Assembly (NCBI GenBank): GCA_964016885.1
Contig: OZ024743.1
Span: forward strand, 191,270,001 to 191,334,000
Source: Eledone cirrhosa
Lineage: Eukaryota
Reading direction: 5' to 3'
Length of the DNA: 64,000 nt
Position numbers and translations under genes: made by a program. The notes beneath the pieces are model-generated. The model did no database searches and had not been told where the DNA came from. It saw only the letters and a list, made by a program, of their open reading frames with translations. Numbering within the stretch: position 1 is the first letter of the stretch; each line of letters opens with the position of its first letter. Shown here one piece after another: positions 11,123-25,270 of the stretch.

Positions 11123-13383
11123 ATATATATATAACTAATTACATTCACTTGAACTATACGCTTAAATATCTTTAGTTGATTGTTCGAAGATGTTACAAGC
11201 GACGAGAAAAGACTCACTATGGACCATAACAGATTACAAGTTACAGAACATTTAACAAGATTTTCTTAACACCGTTTGTATTGGTTTTATCTGTCAGTAG
11301 AAGACACTATACTTTCAGAGGGTAAAATGTTGCTATGACATTCATTTTTGTCTTGTAAGTATAAGTAATATAGGAGAAATAAAGTGTGATTTCAAACTCT
11401 TTCTAAAATTCCGCTGTAATCTTCATTAACGATGAACTCATCTCTTGCTAAAATGATAACCCTGATGCTTAGGGAATATTAACTTCTTACACATATACAA
11501 TGACTTGCTTAGGTTTATAGATGATCATGCTTTTCAGAAATGCATTAATGGCGTTATAGGTGTCTAGTCTTATTTCTTTGCTTTGCGGTATATACTAAAA
11601 TTATGGAAAGTGTCGTATTATTCTGACTATTTCATTTTCATAATTGACTCAGATGTGTGTAGGGAGAGATCGTTTCATTTGAGATCTACCCTTACTGTCT
11701 AGGGATATCAATGCGGTTGATATTATGATTTGCCAAATGTATGTCGATGTTTGTTGAAATCCCGTACACAAAGACAGGGTTTCAGCGGCGGGCTTCAGTT
11801 CTAAGAAGGAAAGATTTTGCCATGGTCTCTAATTGGAGCAAGCTATGATAAAAGGATCAGCAATATAGCACCACTTTCACTTGCATACTCACAGTTTTAT
11901 GATTACACTACAGAAATATGTGAATGCTGTGTCTGTGCGTTTAATACTGTGATCTAAAACTGACAGACCGTCATGAATTCAGGGGCTCACTGCACTAATT
12001 ATACTAAACGTTCTCATTGCTTAACTTAGAATGAAGGAACGCAAATTCCGCCTTGATTATATTTGAACATAGAACAGAAAGGGGTATGGCTATCCAACGT
12101 ACATAAAGTTATTCTTTGAAAAGGCGTGTCATTAAAACGTCAATTACTTTCTTCTGTAAATGTGAGACCTTATTTATGAACTCCGTTGACAGAAATTTCA
12201 AATGGCCACACAAAATGTTAATATTTAGTTTCCCAATTTTACATTCTCTGTTCGAACCCCACTGGGAATGCTCTGAGTTGTATCTTTCTGGGATCGATAA
12301 AACACTTTGCGATAATACATTCAATCGTCTAAACCACCAAACGCCAGCAAATATTGGTATTCTGCCAACTGAAACAAAATCATTATATATATTATTTTCA
12401 GTTATCGATTTAGTGAATTGCTTATAGTGTCTTTATATATGAAGCGAAAGATACTAGGTTATGAACATTTACAGAAACGGTGACCGTGCAATGGGATGTT
12501 TTATATGGCTTGAGAGATACGTATTGCAATAAAACGAAGTGACTTGTGATAACTGAACATTTATACAATGAAGATATGAGAGCTTTTGACATTTATGAAT
12601 TATAGCATTGGAGTAAATGAATCTAAACTGAGCAAGCAGTTATAAAGAATATTTGATACCTTAGCAAAATAAATTCCATGAAATAATTGCTGTGTGGTGA
12701 TGCTTTACACATTGAGTTAGGAATTAGAAACTTTCGCTCACGGGTTATTTCTGAAGCCTAAGATGCGTAGGAAAAACTAGCATTTGGTACTGTGTAATTG
12801 GATCAGAACCCGAGGTGATCATTTAAACCACTTGTATATTCTTATTCCTATAATTTCACTTTATACCAATGCTTGATTTTGGTAAATTTATGTAAGTTAC
12901 AAGCCTTGAAAAGAGAGTCAACGAGAGGGCCATTATGCTACTTCTTAACCAGCTACAAAAAACAACCAAGTCTCCCAAAATTATCATCCAACCGTCTTAA
13001 AAGTTTAAAGGCACATTAGATACTTTTAAAAAAGCTGTGTTTATCATAGTTCTTTTAATCAGGGAAAATATTGGCATAAAGATCATCACTAACAGATGAA
13101 ATCAATAACACTTAATTTCAGATATACTCACTTTGCAACCAGGTTTCAATTTACCCGCTCAATTTACCAACTCAATCTTAACAAGAAGGAGGCTTGTTGT
13201 TTATCTAAACATTAACGATTCATAGATTCCGGTTGAAGAAATTTTGGCTTACAAGTTGAGGTTCTTTTGAGTAATTATTGTAAATAACAACATTGTTCGT
13301 TTTGTTCAGTAAAAAATACTGTTGGTTTAATCAATTAATATTTAATGAGGCAGTAGACTAAATATTATTATAGGAAATTAAGG

Positions 13384-13573
13384 GCAGTGGTTTGGCAGTA
13401 TCGGTAGAGGGTCAGACGCCATGCTTTCCAGCATAGTTACGTCCCTTTACGATCTGAGTTCAAATCCCACCGAGGTTGACTTTGCCTTTCATCCTTACGG
13501 GGTCGATAAAATAAAGTACCAGTAATGCACTGGTTAATTGCTGACCTTGTGCCTAAAGTAGAAACAATTATTA
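13384..13573 (+). mobile_element. tRNA-derived SINE with Nin/Meta-like central domain
   Basis: A-box-like tggcagtatcgg, B-box gagttcaaatcc, central gcctttcatcc...ggggtcgataaaataaagtacc; many copies in the window. Confidence 0.8.
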
Positions 13574-14049
13574 TAGGAAATTAATGAAAGATAGCAACAG
13601 TACAAAACGATATATATATATTCAACCTTTAAAGTGGAGAATGAATTGTAAACAACAAGGAAATAAATTATTGAAAGCATAGAACAACAAAAGATGGGCA
13701 AGGTATCATAGTTCATTCATGTAAACATAATAACGGTATAAATGTTAGGTACTATAAAAAATTCATTTGAATATGAAGACATGAAGCTGGAATGTAATTT
13801 AATCAAGTATTCTCATATTTGCGGTTAGCTTAAGAAGAAATTGGAGTAAAAAGGCGAAGATAAACATGAGTATCTCATGGCTACCAACCTTTAAATACTT
13901 CTTTGGAAAAGTGGCCATATATTAAAATAGTGCCTTACTCAATAGCAGAGTAACATAATAGATGAAATTAACTTTTGAAAGGCTCATGATTGTAAGCTAG
14001 AGAAGAAATATAAACATATGCAAGGAGAAAATTTAACAAAGTCATATTC

Positions 14050-14600
14050 TAGTCAAGACAGAATGGATTATTAGATACCGCAAGGTCCGGTGTTTCACAA
14101 AATATGAATGCATGTAGGAGGTTATTTAGATGAGTCCTTTGTAGCTGAGTAAAGGTGAAGAAATACCAGCCATCTCCGTGGAACAGATGTAACTCCAGTA
14201 ATGTTAAGTGCAGCGAGTCAATGGGCAACATATTGAAATGTGTTAGAAATCGATGTAAGCCCACTGAGTTCATTGATCTTTATTTGGATGTGTTTTATGT
14301 CTGTATATGTAGCAGTAATGACGTTCCTGGTATGGGAGTAGTGCAGTATTGACTTTTGTAGAGGTTTAGTGGAGACAGGAGTGTTTTCTGAAACTGAACA
14401 GGGAGAATAGTGCAGTGATGTTGAAGTTGCTAGTTGCGTGCTACGCATGTGCAGGTGATTGAATCAAGATTGGCATAACCCATTGGAAGATGTTTTCGTG
14501 ATGTCTGGTATCTTTTCTTGGATTCAGTACAGATTTGGTACACATTACTCATGTTGAATCCCAGTTAACTGATTACGACGTGTATCTATCTACTGAACAA
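14050..14600 (-). mobile_element. Possible 3' end of a CR1/L2-group LINE
   Basis: Weak resemblance of the minus-strand translation to a LINE C-terminus; no catalytic motif seen. Confidence 0.25.
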
Positions 14601-15191
14601 AGGATAAGAAGTTCGCATCTTAACACCACCTAGTATTATTAGAGAATATTACAACCGATTAATTTGACTTCAATGTAATTAATTAGAATATCGATCTGAT
14701 CAAAGAATGTCAAATCTCCTTTGTCATCATTTTAACACAGCAATGCGAGGCTGAATTCAAATAATTAGCTATCCGCTGTCTATAGCATATCCGCATTCAT
14801 AATACGTTTTATAGTATTGTTTTATTAGAAATTAATTCTTTATGTCAAGTGATGATGTTTATAGTTTATTGATTCAAAAGTCGTAAATTACTGGTATGAA
14901 TTTGTATCAAGCCTAGAAGAATGAAAACTAATGTTTACTAGCTTTTGAATTCTGAAGCATGAAATAGTTGAATAGCATACCATAAATCTAATAGTCTGAT
15001 TCCTTTCTATCTCTTTTGTGACCATCCACCTAACTAATATTGATTATGGTGTTACCTTCTTAAAAACATAGTTTATTGAATTAAAAATGTATTTATAACA
15101 TTCGTAGGTAGAAATAAAATATTTTAAAAACCAATGCAAACTAGTTTATTTTTGCAACAATTCTAGTTAGTGTGATGCGACAGCGATTATA

Positions 15192-16087
15192 CGACGTGTG
15201 TCAGAAAAGTTCCAGGACTGATGTCACAAAAGATTTATTTCAAACCCACACTTCACACTAAGAGTTTTCTCCTTCAAAGTAATTCCTCTGGAGTATGTAA
15301 CTGTAATCTTAGCTCTCTGCAGCGATCAAACTTTTTTCTTCATAATTTTATATACATGTCCTCTGTTTCAGGTCGTCCAGAAATGAGCGTAGAGCAACAA
15401 ACAAACTTGAAAACTCCGTCAGAAGCACTGGGATTGTTGCAGCAAGTGTATGGAGATGAGACGATGTCACGTTCACGTGTTTTTGAGTGGTGCAAGAGGT
15501 TTAAAGAAGGACGCGAGGACGTGGAAGATGACCCCAGGAGCGGAAGGCCCTCAGCAACCAGGATTGAGGTCAATGTTGAGCGCGTCAGACAGATGGTGCG
15601 TAGCGATCGTCGGCTGACTGTTCGACTGATGGCAAGTGAGCTGGGTATGAATCGGGACAGCGTCTGGAAGATTCTCACTGAAGATTTGGACATGCGGAAA
15701 GTCTGCGCGAAGATGGTGCCCAAACTGCTGAACGATGACCAGAAGGGTCGACACATGCAAGTGTGCCAGGACATCCTCGAGCGTCTAGAAACCGAACCAG
15801 ACTTGCTAGGGACAGTCATTACCGGCGATGAGTCATGGATCTTCGACTACGACCCAGAGGGGACCCGTTTTGAAGACGTGGACGACATCAAAAAAGCCGT
15901 GACGACGGAACTGCGGAGGATCCCGGAAGAATCCTTCCAGGTGTGCATGTAAGCGTGGCAGAAAAGGATGGAAAAGTGCATTAGACTCCATGGGGATTAC
16001 TTTGAAGGAGAAAACTCTTAGTGTGAAGTTTGGGTTTGAAATAAATCCTTTGTGACATCAGTCCTGGAACTTTTCTGACCCACCTCG
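15192..16087 (+). mobile_element. Internally deleted mariner element, copy 2
   Basis: Same ~100-bp TIRs with TA duplication; ORF 15221-15952 has HTH regions, MVPKLL and TGDESW joined directly to the C-terminus. Confidence 0.95.
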
Positions 16088-18359
16088 TACATAATTACCT
16101 CACAACTGTCTCCATGTAGTCTACATATTTCTATTTTATTTCTGCATTCACTAATTTAAGTTTAGTTATGTTTCTCTATATGTGTGTCACTAAATTTAAT
16201 GGCGATTTTAAGTTGCAATAACTTCTTCATTTCCCACTATACATGTTGATATTTTATCTGAACTTCTATTTCTCATAAATCATCCTTAATGTGCTGTGTT
16301 CTATGATTGTAATATATTTTTGTCATTATTGCTGTTTGTGGTGTTCTCGGCATAAGCGTCAACAGAAATGAGATAGCTCTTGCTTTTATCGACATCCTCA
16401 GCCTTATTACTGTTAATGTGGGCTTTAGTATTTTATATTTTGTTGACGATATCGGTGTTGTTCTTGTTGTCGTTTTAGGTTTTGCAGTTACCAAATTAGT
16501 CATTAACTGTTCTTATTATTATTTTTATTACTTCTATCATAAAAATATTCCTTAACTTAATTCTATTTCTTTCATTATGTTTAATCATATTATTTTAACC
16601 TGAAAAATAACACGAGTCTTTAAAAGCTGTTTAGCAATAAAGGTGACATGTCATTCAATGATGGTTAGTTATATCCAGCTAAAATCGACCATTTTCCTTT
16701 TGTCTTGTCGCTGGTTAAATTCACATGGAGAAACGGCTATTAACGTTTGACTCGATGACAAACTTAACGACAAAGTAAGATTTTCATACTATTAATTCAA
16801 GTACTAAATACACCCACCCATATTGATTAACATATAAAGTTTTTTATATGTTAATTATAATTGTTTAAAAAGTAACTCTTTTATCTTAGAAGCATAGAAA
16901 GCAATGTTGACGTGTTTGTTAATTCGGTAGTTGTGCATGATATAATTGTGTTGTTTTATGTTTGCTTTTAAAACTGCATTTGTTTGATTATATCAAACAA
17001 ATATTTAAATTTGCAGTATAATAATCCTGTTATAAATTTCTAAATTACTGAGCTGGATTAAAATAAAAGAATAAACACACAGTAGCAAGTTAAATCTTTA
17101 TTGCAATCAATGAATGTGTTCTGCTTGAAATATAGAATTATATTATTATGACTACTTTTTTGTTCTTTTGTTTTGATAAAATAAATTTATTATTTCACTC
17201 GTTCTACTGAAAATATTATCTTGAATCGTTTGCTAAATTATTGATTTCAATCTCAGAATTTGTAACTAAATATTGTTTGCAATTTAATTTAATCACAATA
17301 CACTCTTCATCTTCTAGTCAAAGCTAAAGAGAATTTTTTTTCACTATGGTTTCTTCATAAGTTACCATAATTAATTTAAACATTGTATACGCAGCAGGCT
17401 ACAAGTTAAAACAAATCAGAGCCAGACATGAGGATTACGATTACAAAGACTCTATTACAAATATAATAAAATAACAAAGATGTAAACACAATAGCAACCC
17501 CTAAAGGTGATAAAAATAAATTGAACGATATGGTTGTAGCACAAGGCCAGATCCGCATGAGTGGGTATACACAATCAACTAAATCTTAGACATTAAAATT
17601 TTATATCTGCATCTTAAAAAAAATAACGCTTAATCTGCTTCAGTAGAATATGAATATTCATCAGTGATGGATGAAGGAATAACTACAGATTTCTCACATC
17701 ATTCACTTTATCTTTGCTATTACCACACCGAGCCATTCTAAGATCACCACAAGCTAATAACGAAGCCTCTACCTGCTCTCTCGGCCTTCTAACAATAGCA
17801 GTATAATTTCACACAAATCTAACCACACGTTCTTAAAAAGGTAAGGGCATATTGGATAACTTAACCCTTGATATATAAACGCTGCAAAGTCTTTGATCAT
17901 TAGTCTGATAAATGATAGCTGAACCTGGGTTAGACAATTACGGCAATCGATGAAAATAAAAATACTCCGGTAAATGATATTGATGCTGAATTGCGAATGA
18001 CGATATGATAGGGAATTGTAACTAATGACCATTCATATGGAATAATCTTTTTAAATTTCTGAGAAGAATTGTATACTCTGGTTCAAGCGGAATGAGTAAT
18101 TACAGGAATTTCGAGAATAAATACTATAGGAATATATCTGACCTGGAAAAAGCAATAAGTAGAAACTCTTTCTAGAGATTAAAGAAAATGGTTTGTTCAA
18201 AATTTCAAATATGGCAATCATCTGAAGTAGGCCGGAAAATAGAACGATCGAAACGTTACAACTAGAACATGACGCGGGCACTAGTCCTAATATATCAGTA
18301 TACTATAATACTGGATATTATATAACGATATAATTCCTGAATAGGGAATATTGAATAAT

Positions 18360-19970
18360 ATTGGTATCTGATTTAGACAATTCTGTGGGAGGAGAAAATC
18401 GATTAAATCAACACCAGTGCGTTACTCGTACTTTACTTTTTTCGACCTCGAAATGATGAAAGGCAAAGTTAACCTCGGCGAGATTTGAACTCAACACGTA
18501 AAGGGACGTAACCCTATATCCCAAAACATGTTGTCCGATGCCCTACCGATTTGGCTAATCCACCGGCGTCCGAATCTCTAGCGATTAAAATTGAACAATT
18601 ATATTAATAGAGAACAGTGTATAAGATATTAATACTAAATCGTGAACAATTATATCAATATTGAACACGGTATCAACTCTAAACTGTGAACAATGATATC
18701 AATATTGGTTTCTAATTCATGCATAAGACCAGTTAATTTGAGGGAAGGCTAAAGTTGATTAAATCAACCCTAGTACTTGAGTGGTACTTCATTTTTCGAC
18801 CCTAGAAGGATGAAGGGTAAATTGACCTTTAAATTTCTGAGAAGAATTATATACACTGGTTAAAGAGGAACGAGTAATCACAAGAATTTCTCTGGTTAAA
18901 GTCAGTATGTAAAGAGTATGACAAACACAACTATTGCATTTATTCGATGCTCAATCAATTCTGTCAATCTACCATATTAAACAGTAAACAATGATATCAG
19001 TACTGAACTGTGAACAGTCGCGTTAATACTGAACAGTTCAAGATGTTATCAATACTGAACTATGAATAATCCTATTGGCAATAAATAATCAGTGATCAAA
19101 CATAAGGAACAAAAAACAATGATATGAGTACTGAATTGTGAATAACGATCAACACTAAACAGAGAACAATATCACTTCTCAAGAGTGATCAACCATATCA
19201 ACACTGGACAGGTAACAATGATATTAAAATTGAACTGTAAACAACTATATATATACTGTCGTGAAATTGTTACATTATTGCCATGTATATGAGACAGGAT
19301 TTGGTAATAATTTCTAATATATGCACAAGGGTAAATTATATCGACTCCAATAGGTGACTAGTGGTATATTTTATCGACCCCAGAAGGATGAAAGGCAAAG
19401 TTGGCACCGGCGATATTTGAACTCAAAATGAAAAGAAAAATATGGAATATATACCTCAATACATGTTGTCAGATGCATTAACGTTTCTACCAATCCACAG
19501 CTTTCACTTCGCTATTAATAATTCTTTCTAGCATTTGCACAAGGCTATCAGTTTGGTGAGACAGAAAAGACCCCCAATAACTAAGTGTTACACTAAAGTA
19601 AAGTTGACCTTGATGACTTTTGAACTCAGAACGTAAAAACTAAAAACCGCAAAGTAACTTTTTTTTTTTTTACCGATGTTCTAGCGATACTGCTAATTCA
19701 CCTCCTCCTTGCGACAATTTGAACTAACAATGTAAAGAGACGTAAAAAGATAACGCAAAGCTTTTTACCTTTGTAATAATTGTTTCTACTTTAGGCACAA
19801 GGCGAGCAATTACCCAGTACATTACTGGTACTTTATTTTATCGACCCCGTAAGGATGAAAGGCAAAGTCAGCCTCGGCGGGATTTGAACTCAGATTGTAA
19901 AGGGACGTAACTATGCTGGAAAGCATGGCGTCCGACGCTCTACCGATACTGCCAATCGATACTGCCAATA
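18360..19970 (-). repeat. Cluster of at least 5 same-orientation SINE copies interleaved with a degenerate ~26-bp minisatellite
   Basis: Repeated atcgaccc...ggatgaaaggcaaagt...atttgaactc; units like tgaacaatgatatcaatactgaactg at 18590-19250. Confidence 0.75.
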
Positions 19971-20181
19971 TTGTAATAATTCTGCAAGTGCCCATCCTTA
20001 TAATTATATTAATGATACATTTCACATCCATGCATTATTCTCTATATCTTCTAGCAGATCTAATGCATTAGCTGAATAATTATTATAATCGATTATAATT
20101 TATGATAGAAGGAAATAATTTGCATTATGTATATAAATATATATATATATTGTTATACTTTGGGAGGGTCATATTGCAAAG

Positions 20182-20262
<81 letters not shown>

Positions 20263-20402
20263 GTGTGTGTGTGTGTGTAGAAGGTGAGTAATATTGTAGA
20301 ATATTAAAACTATGCATATATCAGACACGTAGCACTCAACATTTGGTAGAACTGGAGTATATATTAAAGAAGAAATTAACAGATGGTTAAAGAAGTTCCA
20401 TA

Positions 20403-20472
20403 TATTTTATTATGCGCATTTCGAGAACAACATCATCCTGGGACAAAAATTGTGTTCTCATCAGATAAAATA
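20403..20472 (-). ncRNA. Minimal type I hammerhead ribozyme
   Basis: Stem I tattttat/ataaaata; CUGAUGA; stem II gaac/gttc with 2 extra nt; GAAA; palindromic atgcgcat; AUA. Confidence 0.7.
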
Positions 20473-21176
20473 AGGTAACATGATATGAGGCCTAAAAACA
20501 TTTGTCAACAGGAAAGTGCAAAACCTACATATGACAGAAAATATAATAGTAAGAAAAAGATAGGAAAATAGAAAAAAAAGAAAAGAAGAAGAAGGGGAAA
20601 AAGAAAAAAGAAAGTGAGGAGAGGAAAAAAGAAAGAAGGAAGAGAGAGAAAGAGAAAGATAGAGAGAGAGACTTTTGATCAGGAACGCTGCCAAAATGAA
20701 AAGAGCTGTAGATAACGGTTAAAAAGTAAATTGATGAGATGTATGTGCGAATATTATAGATGGTATTCAAATATTAGAGGTCTAAAATATAGAAAATGGG
20801 TATATTATTTTATATTGGGTTTAAATACTAAAACTTGGATCCTGCAAGTCGAATAAGCTACACGCGACGAAACAGCGATAATCTCAAGGAGTGATGGACC
20901 AATGGATGAGATTGTTAGCTCTCAAGGCAACCCTCACAACCCAGCGATATAATTAACACAAAATATCTACATTTTGTGTGTCTGAGAAATTAACCAAATT
21001 GGAGACAGGTGTGGAAACGTCCACCAAAAATGGAGTATGATTTGATTGAATACAATCAATCATATCGCATCGTCTTTCGCATGGAATAAGAAGAAGCACG
21101 TTCGAATATTAAGTAGGAGCCTGTTCGTCGAAAAATATGATGCAATCTCCGCACGATAAACTAGACGAGAGAGAGA

Positions 21177-21255
<79 letters not shown>

Positions 21256-21861
21256 TTTATCTATGTATATACATAACATATATATTGTACATCCTAATAT
21301 ACGTGTTCACATGCCGAGTTTCCTGTTTCGGTAGGCAATTCATTTAGCATTTTCAGATTGATTCTTAATCATATTCGAATATTTAAAATATACAAAACTC
21401 TTTCGTTATTGCATATAAGAGTCGCAACATGTAAATAAGAAGGAAATTAAGTGTAATATTAATACGATAATAACAAAGATAAAAGTTGATCAGGAAAATT
21501 ATTAAAGTAAGTTCGTTATATTAATAAATCCTGTATGTCTTACATATTTTTTTTATAAATGCACGAACGCCTAATGTACATAGATTAATTAATAAAATTA
21601 GATATATGGGGGTATATATGGTCAGAATAAAATATGTAAATCTCTCAGCTATATGGGAAGGTTTGTTTAGTGTTGTGAAGGTAACAATTTCCAGTGTTTC
21701 AATAAGTTTTCTTCAAAAAGCCCTCATGCAAGTAATCTTGAGTTTATGAAAGAAACATAATTATGAAAATCTTACTAAGAATTAGGCGCTACTCGATCGT
21801 TTACATATATCAAAATACAGAGAGAGAGAGAAAGAGAGACGCACAGATACACACGTATATA

Positions 21862-22561
21862 TCTATATCATTATGAAAAAGAAGCTTGTGTGTATGTTGA
21901 TCGCTAACAGCACTAAATACAATTGGAAACAAGATTGTTCGTGTGTTTTCAGCTAATATGATATCCAACAAGCTTACTGTTGAATTGTTTTTTCCAAAAA
22001 TGGAATGGGTGGTGAGATGGGGGAGAATTTACTGCTTTCTCTAGCACCATGGTGCTTTCTCTTCGTCCGTTATCTATCTATTACTAAAACTCTGTGATTG
22101 CTTGCTTGCTTGTCTGTTAGGCAATACATACACACATGTAGATATATGGTCCTTCCAGTTTCATTTCACATTATATACATGTCTGTGTATATTTCAATTA
22201 TTTAGAAATTATTTTTAAATGAACATGATTTTTTTAAAATATTTTGAAGTGATCGTGACCAAACGGGTGGTCTTGTATACGACTAAAACTCTGTAATTGC
22301 TTGCTTACTTGCTTGTCTATAATGTAATGCAGCCAAAAGGGTACATAATGGGAAAATACTTTGAAAGGAAGTTGACCCTGAAATGGGGATACAAATGGAA
22401 TAAAACAAGTTTCCCGTAAATCCGAGCACGGGTTTGCGAGATATGGGATTTTCCGGGGTACATTCGTAGACAGAGAGGGGGGGGGGGAGATAGTGGTTGT
22501 GAGAGAGTACATTGAAAGAGGGACATAGAGAGAGGGAGAGGAGACAGAGAAGGAGAATGGA

Positions 22562-22628
<67 letters not shown>

Positions 22629-23120
22629 TGATGGTGTTGTGTACATATATATGTGAGTGTGTGTATATATATATATATATGTGTGTGTGTATATGTGTGT
22701 GTGTGTCTATGACCAGTGTATATAGATCACAGACACCCACATATATATACACACACACACGCATACATATATATATATATGTATACAAACACACACATTT
22801 ATATATATACACACATACACACACGTATATATATATATATGGGCCTTCCAATTTCATTTCCCATTATATACATATCTATGAATATTTTAATCATTTAACG
22901 ATTATTTTTAAGAGAACATGATATTAAAAAAATATTTTGAAGGGAACATGACCCAACTGGTCACGGGTGGTCTAGTATACTTATAAAACTGAAGTTTCTT
23001 TGTACGTTGACCGCTAATAACACTAAATAAAATTGATAATTAAGGTTTTTCGTGTGTTTTCAGCTATTACCTCCGACATACGCGCAATCGACGTTTTCTT
23101 TGAAAACGGAATGGTGATGA
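21862..23120 (+). mobile_element. Tandem cluster of non-autonomous Helitron-like units (A-B-B'-A')
   Basis: Repeated 5' motifs tat...aaaact; 3' ends cgggtggtcttg|t (22275) and hairpin tgacc/ggtca + cgggtggtctag|t (22975). Confidence 0.6.
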
Positions 23121-23269
23121 CCCTCGGATTTTCCCAGCATCGGAGATTTCTTCTGTGGGAATCTTTTTCTTTTCTAGTAGGTTTTTTACCTTCGTTTTCG
23201 AAAGATCTGACATCCGAATAACTCGCAAAAGTCTCCTTTTTTTCAAAAAACGGAGACAGGGCGTGAAGG

Positions 23270-24000
23270 GGACCCTCGAAGTTATATATTTTTAATTCTT
23301 CTTGGAGACTAAGATGTCTCCAGTCAATGATGTTTCTCTCAATTTTACATTTCCAAATTGGAGCTTTTATTTTTCTCTGTTTGCTCCTTTTTTCGGATTT
23401 TAACTCCCAGTCTCTCAGCAACTAATAATGCTGCACTGGTAAGCAGCTTATGCATTTCAGTAATGTCGTTTGTTTTACAAACATTAACTGATTCTATCTC
23501 AGCCTTGAACTTATGCCTTTTGATGATTTTTTATGAACGGGATCACCGGTGGTAAGTCACATTGATAGGTATCTTTTAACCCTGATAATAAATTCCTTTC
23601 ATATTCAGTCAACACCGGAATGTTACCATTTTCATTATCAAAGTCTCACCATATGTTCAATTGTATGAGAGGGTATGGTACCTCGCACTTCCTTAACGCC
23701 AATGATGTTTTCTCTAATAGCCAGTGCTTCAGATTCATCAACCAAGTTCCCCTCTTCCAGATCTTCTTTGTTCACTTCATTATTCAAAACCCCAGTGCCT
23801 GCTTTTGCATGGAGTATACGCCGAATCTCTTTTAGTTCTACTTTGGGCAATATGTTCTTGGTTCATATCTTTCTAGCCTGAACAGCCAGCTTTTGGGAGG
23901 AATGTTCTCTATTTCCCACAATTTTTGCATCCTTTTCATCTATCCCTTTTCCGATATAACAATACCTTATTGTCTTAGATTTAGATTTTCCGCTGTTACA
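23270..24000 (-). mobile_element. R4/Dong-like retrotransposon N-terminal remnant
   Basis: Frames give ITEMHKLLTSAALLVAERLGVK and APIWKCKIERNI...RHLSL, resembling the pre-RT region of R4-clade elements. Confidence 0.5.
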
Positions 24001-24079
24001 TTATCTTTTAAGTAATTACTTTACTCCAGCACTAGGAGTGCTACCCTGATTATGATGGTGATGATGTGGATGATGAGTA

Positions 24080-24214
24080 GAAGAAGAAGAAGAAGAAGAA
24101 GAAGAAGAAGAAGAAGAAGAAGAAGAAGAAGAAGAAGAAGAAGAAGAAGAAGAAGAAGAAGAAGAAGAAGAAGAAGAAGAAGAAGAAGAAGAAGAAGAAG
24201 AAGAAGAAGAAGAA
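24080..24214. repeat. (GAA)n microsatellite
   Basis: Pure GAA run; a second run at about 25592-25656. Confidence 0.98.
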
Positions 24215-24856
24215 CGTTTAGGACATAGCCAGAAGGATACGTTTAATTAATAGCAATCTGCTTTTTAATTAATTGATCGGGGCAACGTACTGTTCAGGCA
24301 AGAGTGATTCTTATAGTTATTATTTTAGCTATTGTTATACTTGCTGTTGTTGTTGAGAGTATTATTGATGATGTCATTGCTCTTGTAGTTCTTACTATTA
24401 TGTTGTTACTGCCATTAGATGATATTTCCCTTGTTTCTGTGCTGTTGTTATTATTGTTATTGAAGGCATTGTTTTCTTTATCATTATTGTAACAAGTGTT
24501 GTTAATGTTATTTTTGTTGTTATACGTGTTGTTGTTGTTGCAAGTTGTTTTCTCGTTTTGTTGTTGTTAATGAGGAGGAGGAGGAGGAGGAGGAGGAGGA
24601 GGAGGAGGGGGCGTTGATTATGTTATTGTCATTGTTCATGCTAATATTATGGATACCAAAGCTGTTATTTTTCCCCTTGATCCACAAAGGAAATTAAAAA
24701 ATTTTCCATTAGTTTTACACAAAATTATCTTTGATGTCGCAATAAATAAGATAGCCATTCTCTCATTCAGAAACTTCATTTGTATCCCTCTTCCCCACTT
24801 ATCTTCCACCATTAATCCTACACTTTCTATTAGACTCCCCGCCACCTCTCTCTCCT

Positions 24857-24926
<70 letters not shown>

Positions 24927-25186
24927 TCTTCTTGGAACAATCTTTCTTTGTCTATGTCGCTTTCCTCTCATTAGATTCCTTCCGAGATATGATTAATTGT
25001 TCACTTATTAATTCGATCAAATGATAAGCTGTGTTGTGTCTCTCGAGGAGGGAATTATCACTACGTTCATGAACGCACACAAAATCATAGACGCACAGTC
25101 ACACATATATATGTATTATTAAAAGTCGTACTAGGGTATTACTTCTAGTAATATCACACACAAACACACAGTCTGACACAGCGAAG

Positions 25187-25270
<84 letters not shown>

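Noticed and set aside
13384-13480. tRNA gene
   Set aside because: A/B boxes belong to a multi-copy SINE head; no cloverleaf
17600-18290. Possible degenerate LINE RT on the minus strand (IYQG...P.LF, IPYEW)
   Set aside because: Too decayed to call without an HMM search
18590-19250. Short repeats with variable spacing, superficially CRISPR-like
   Set aside because: Degenerate tandem minisatellite in eukaryotic DNA; no constant repeat with unique spacers and no cas genes
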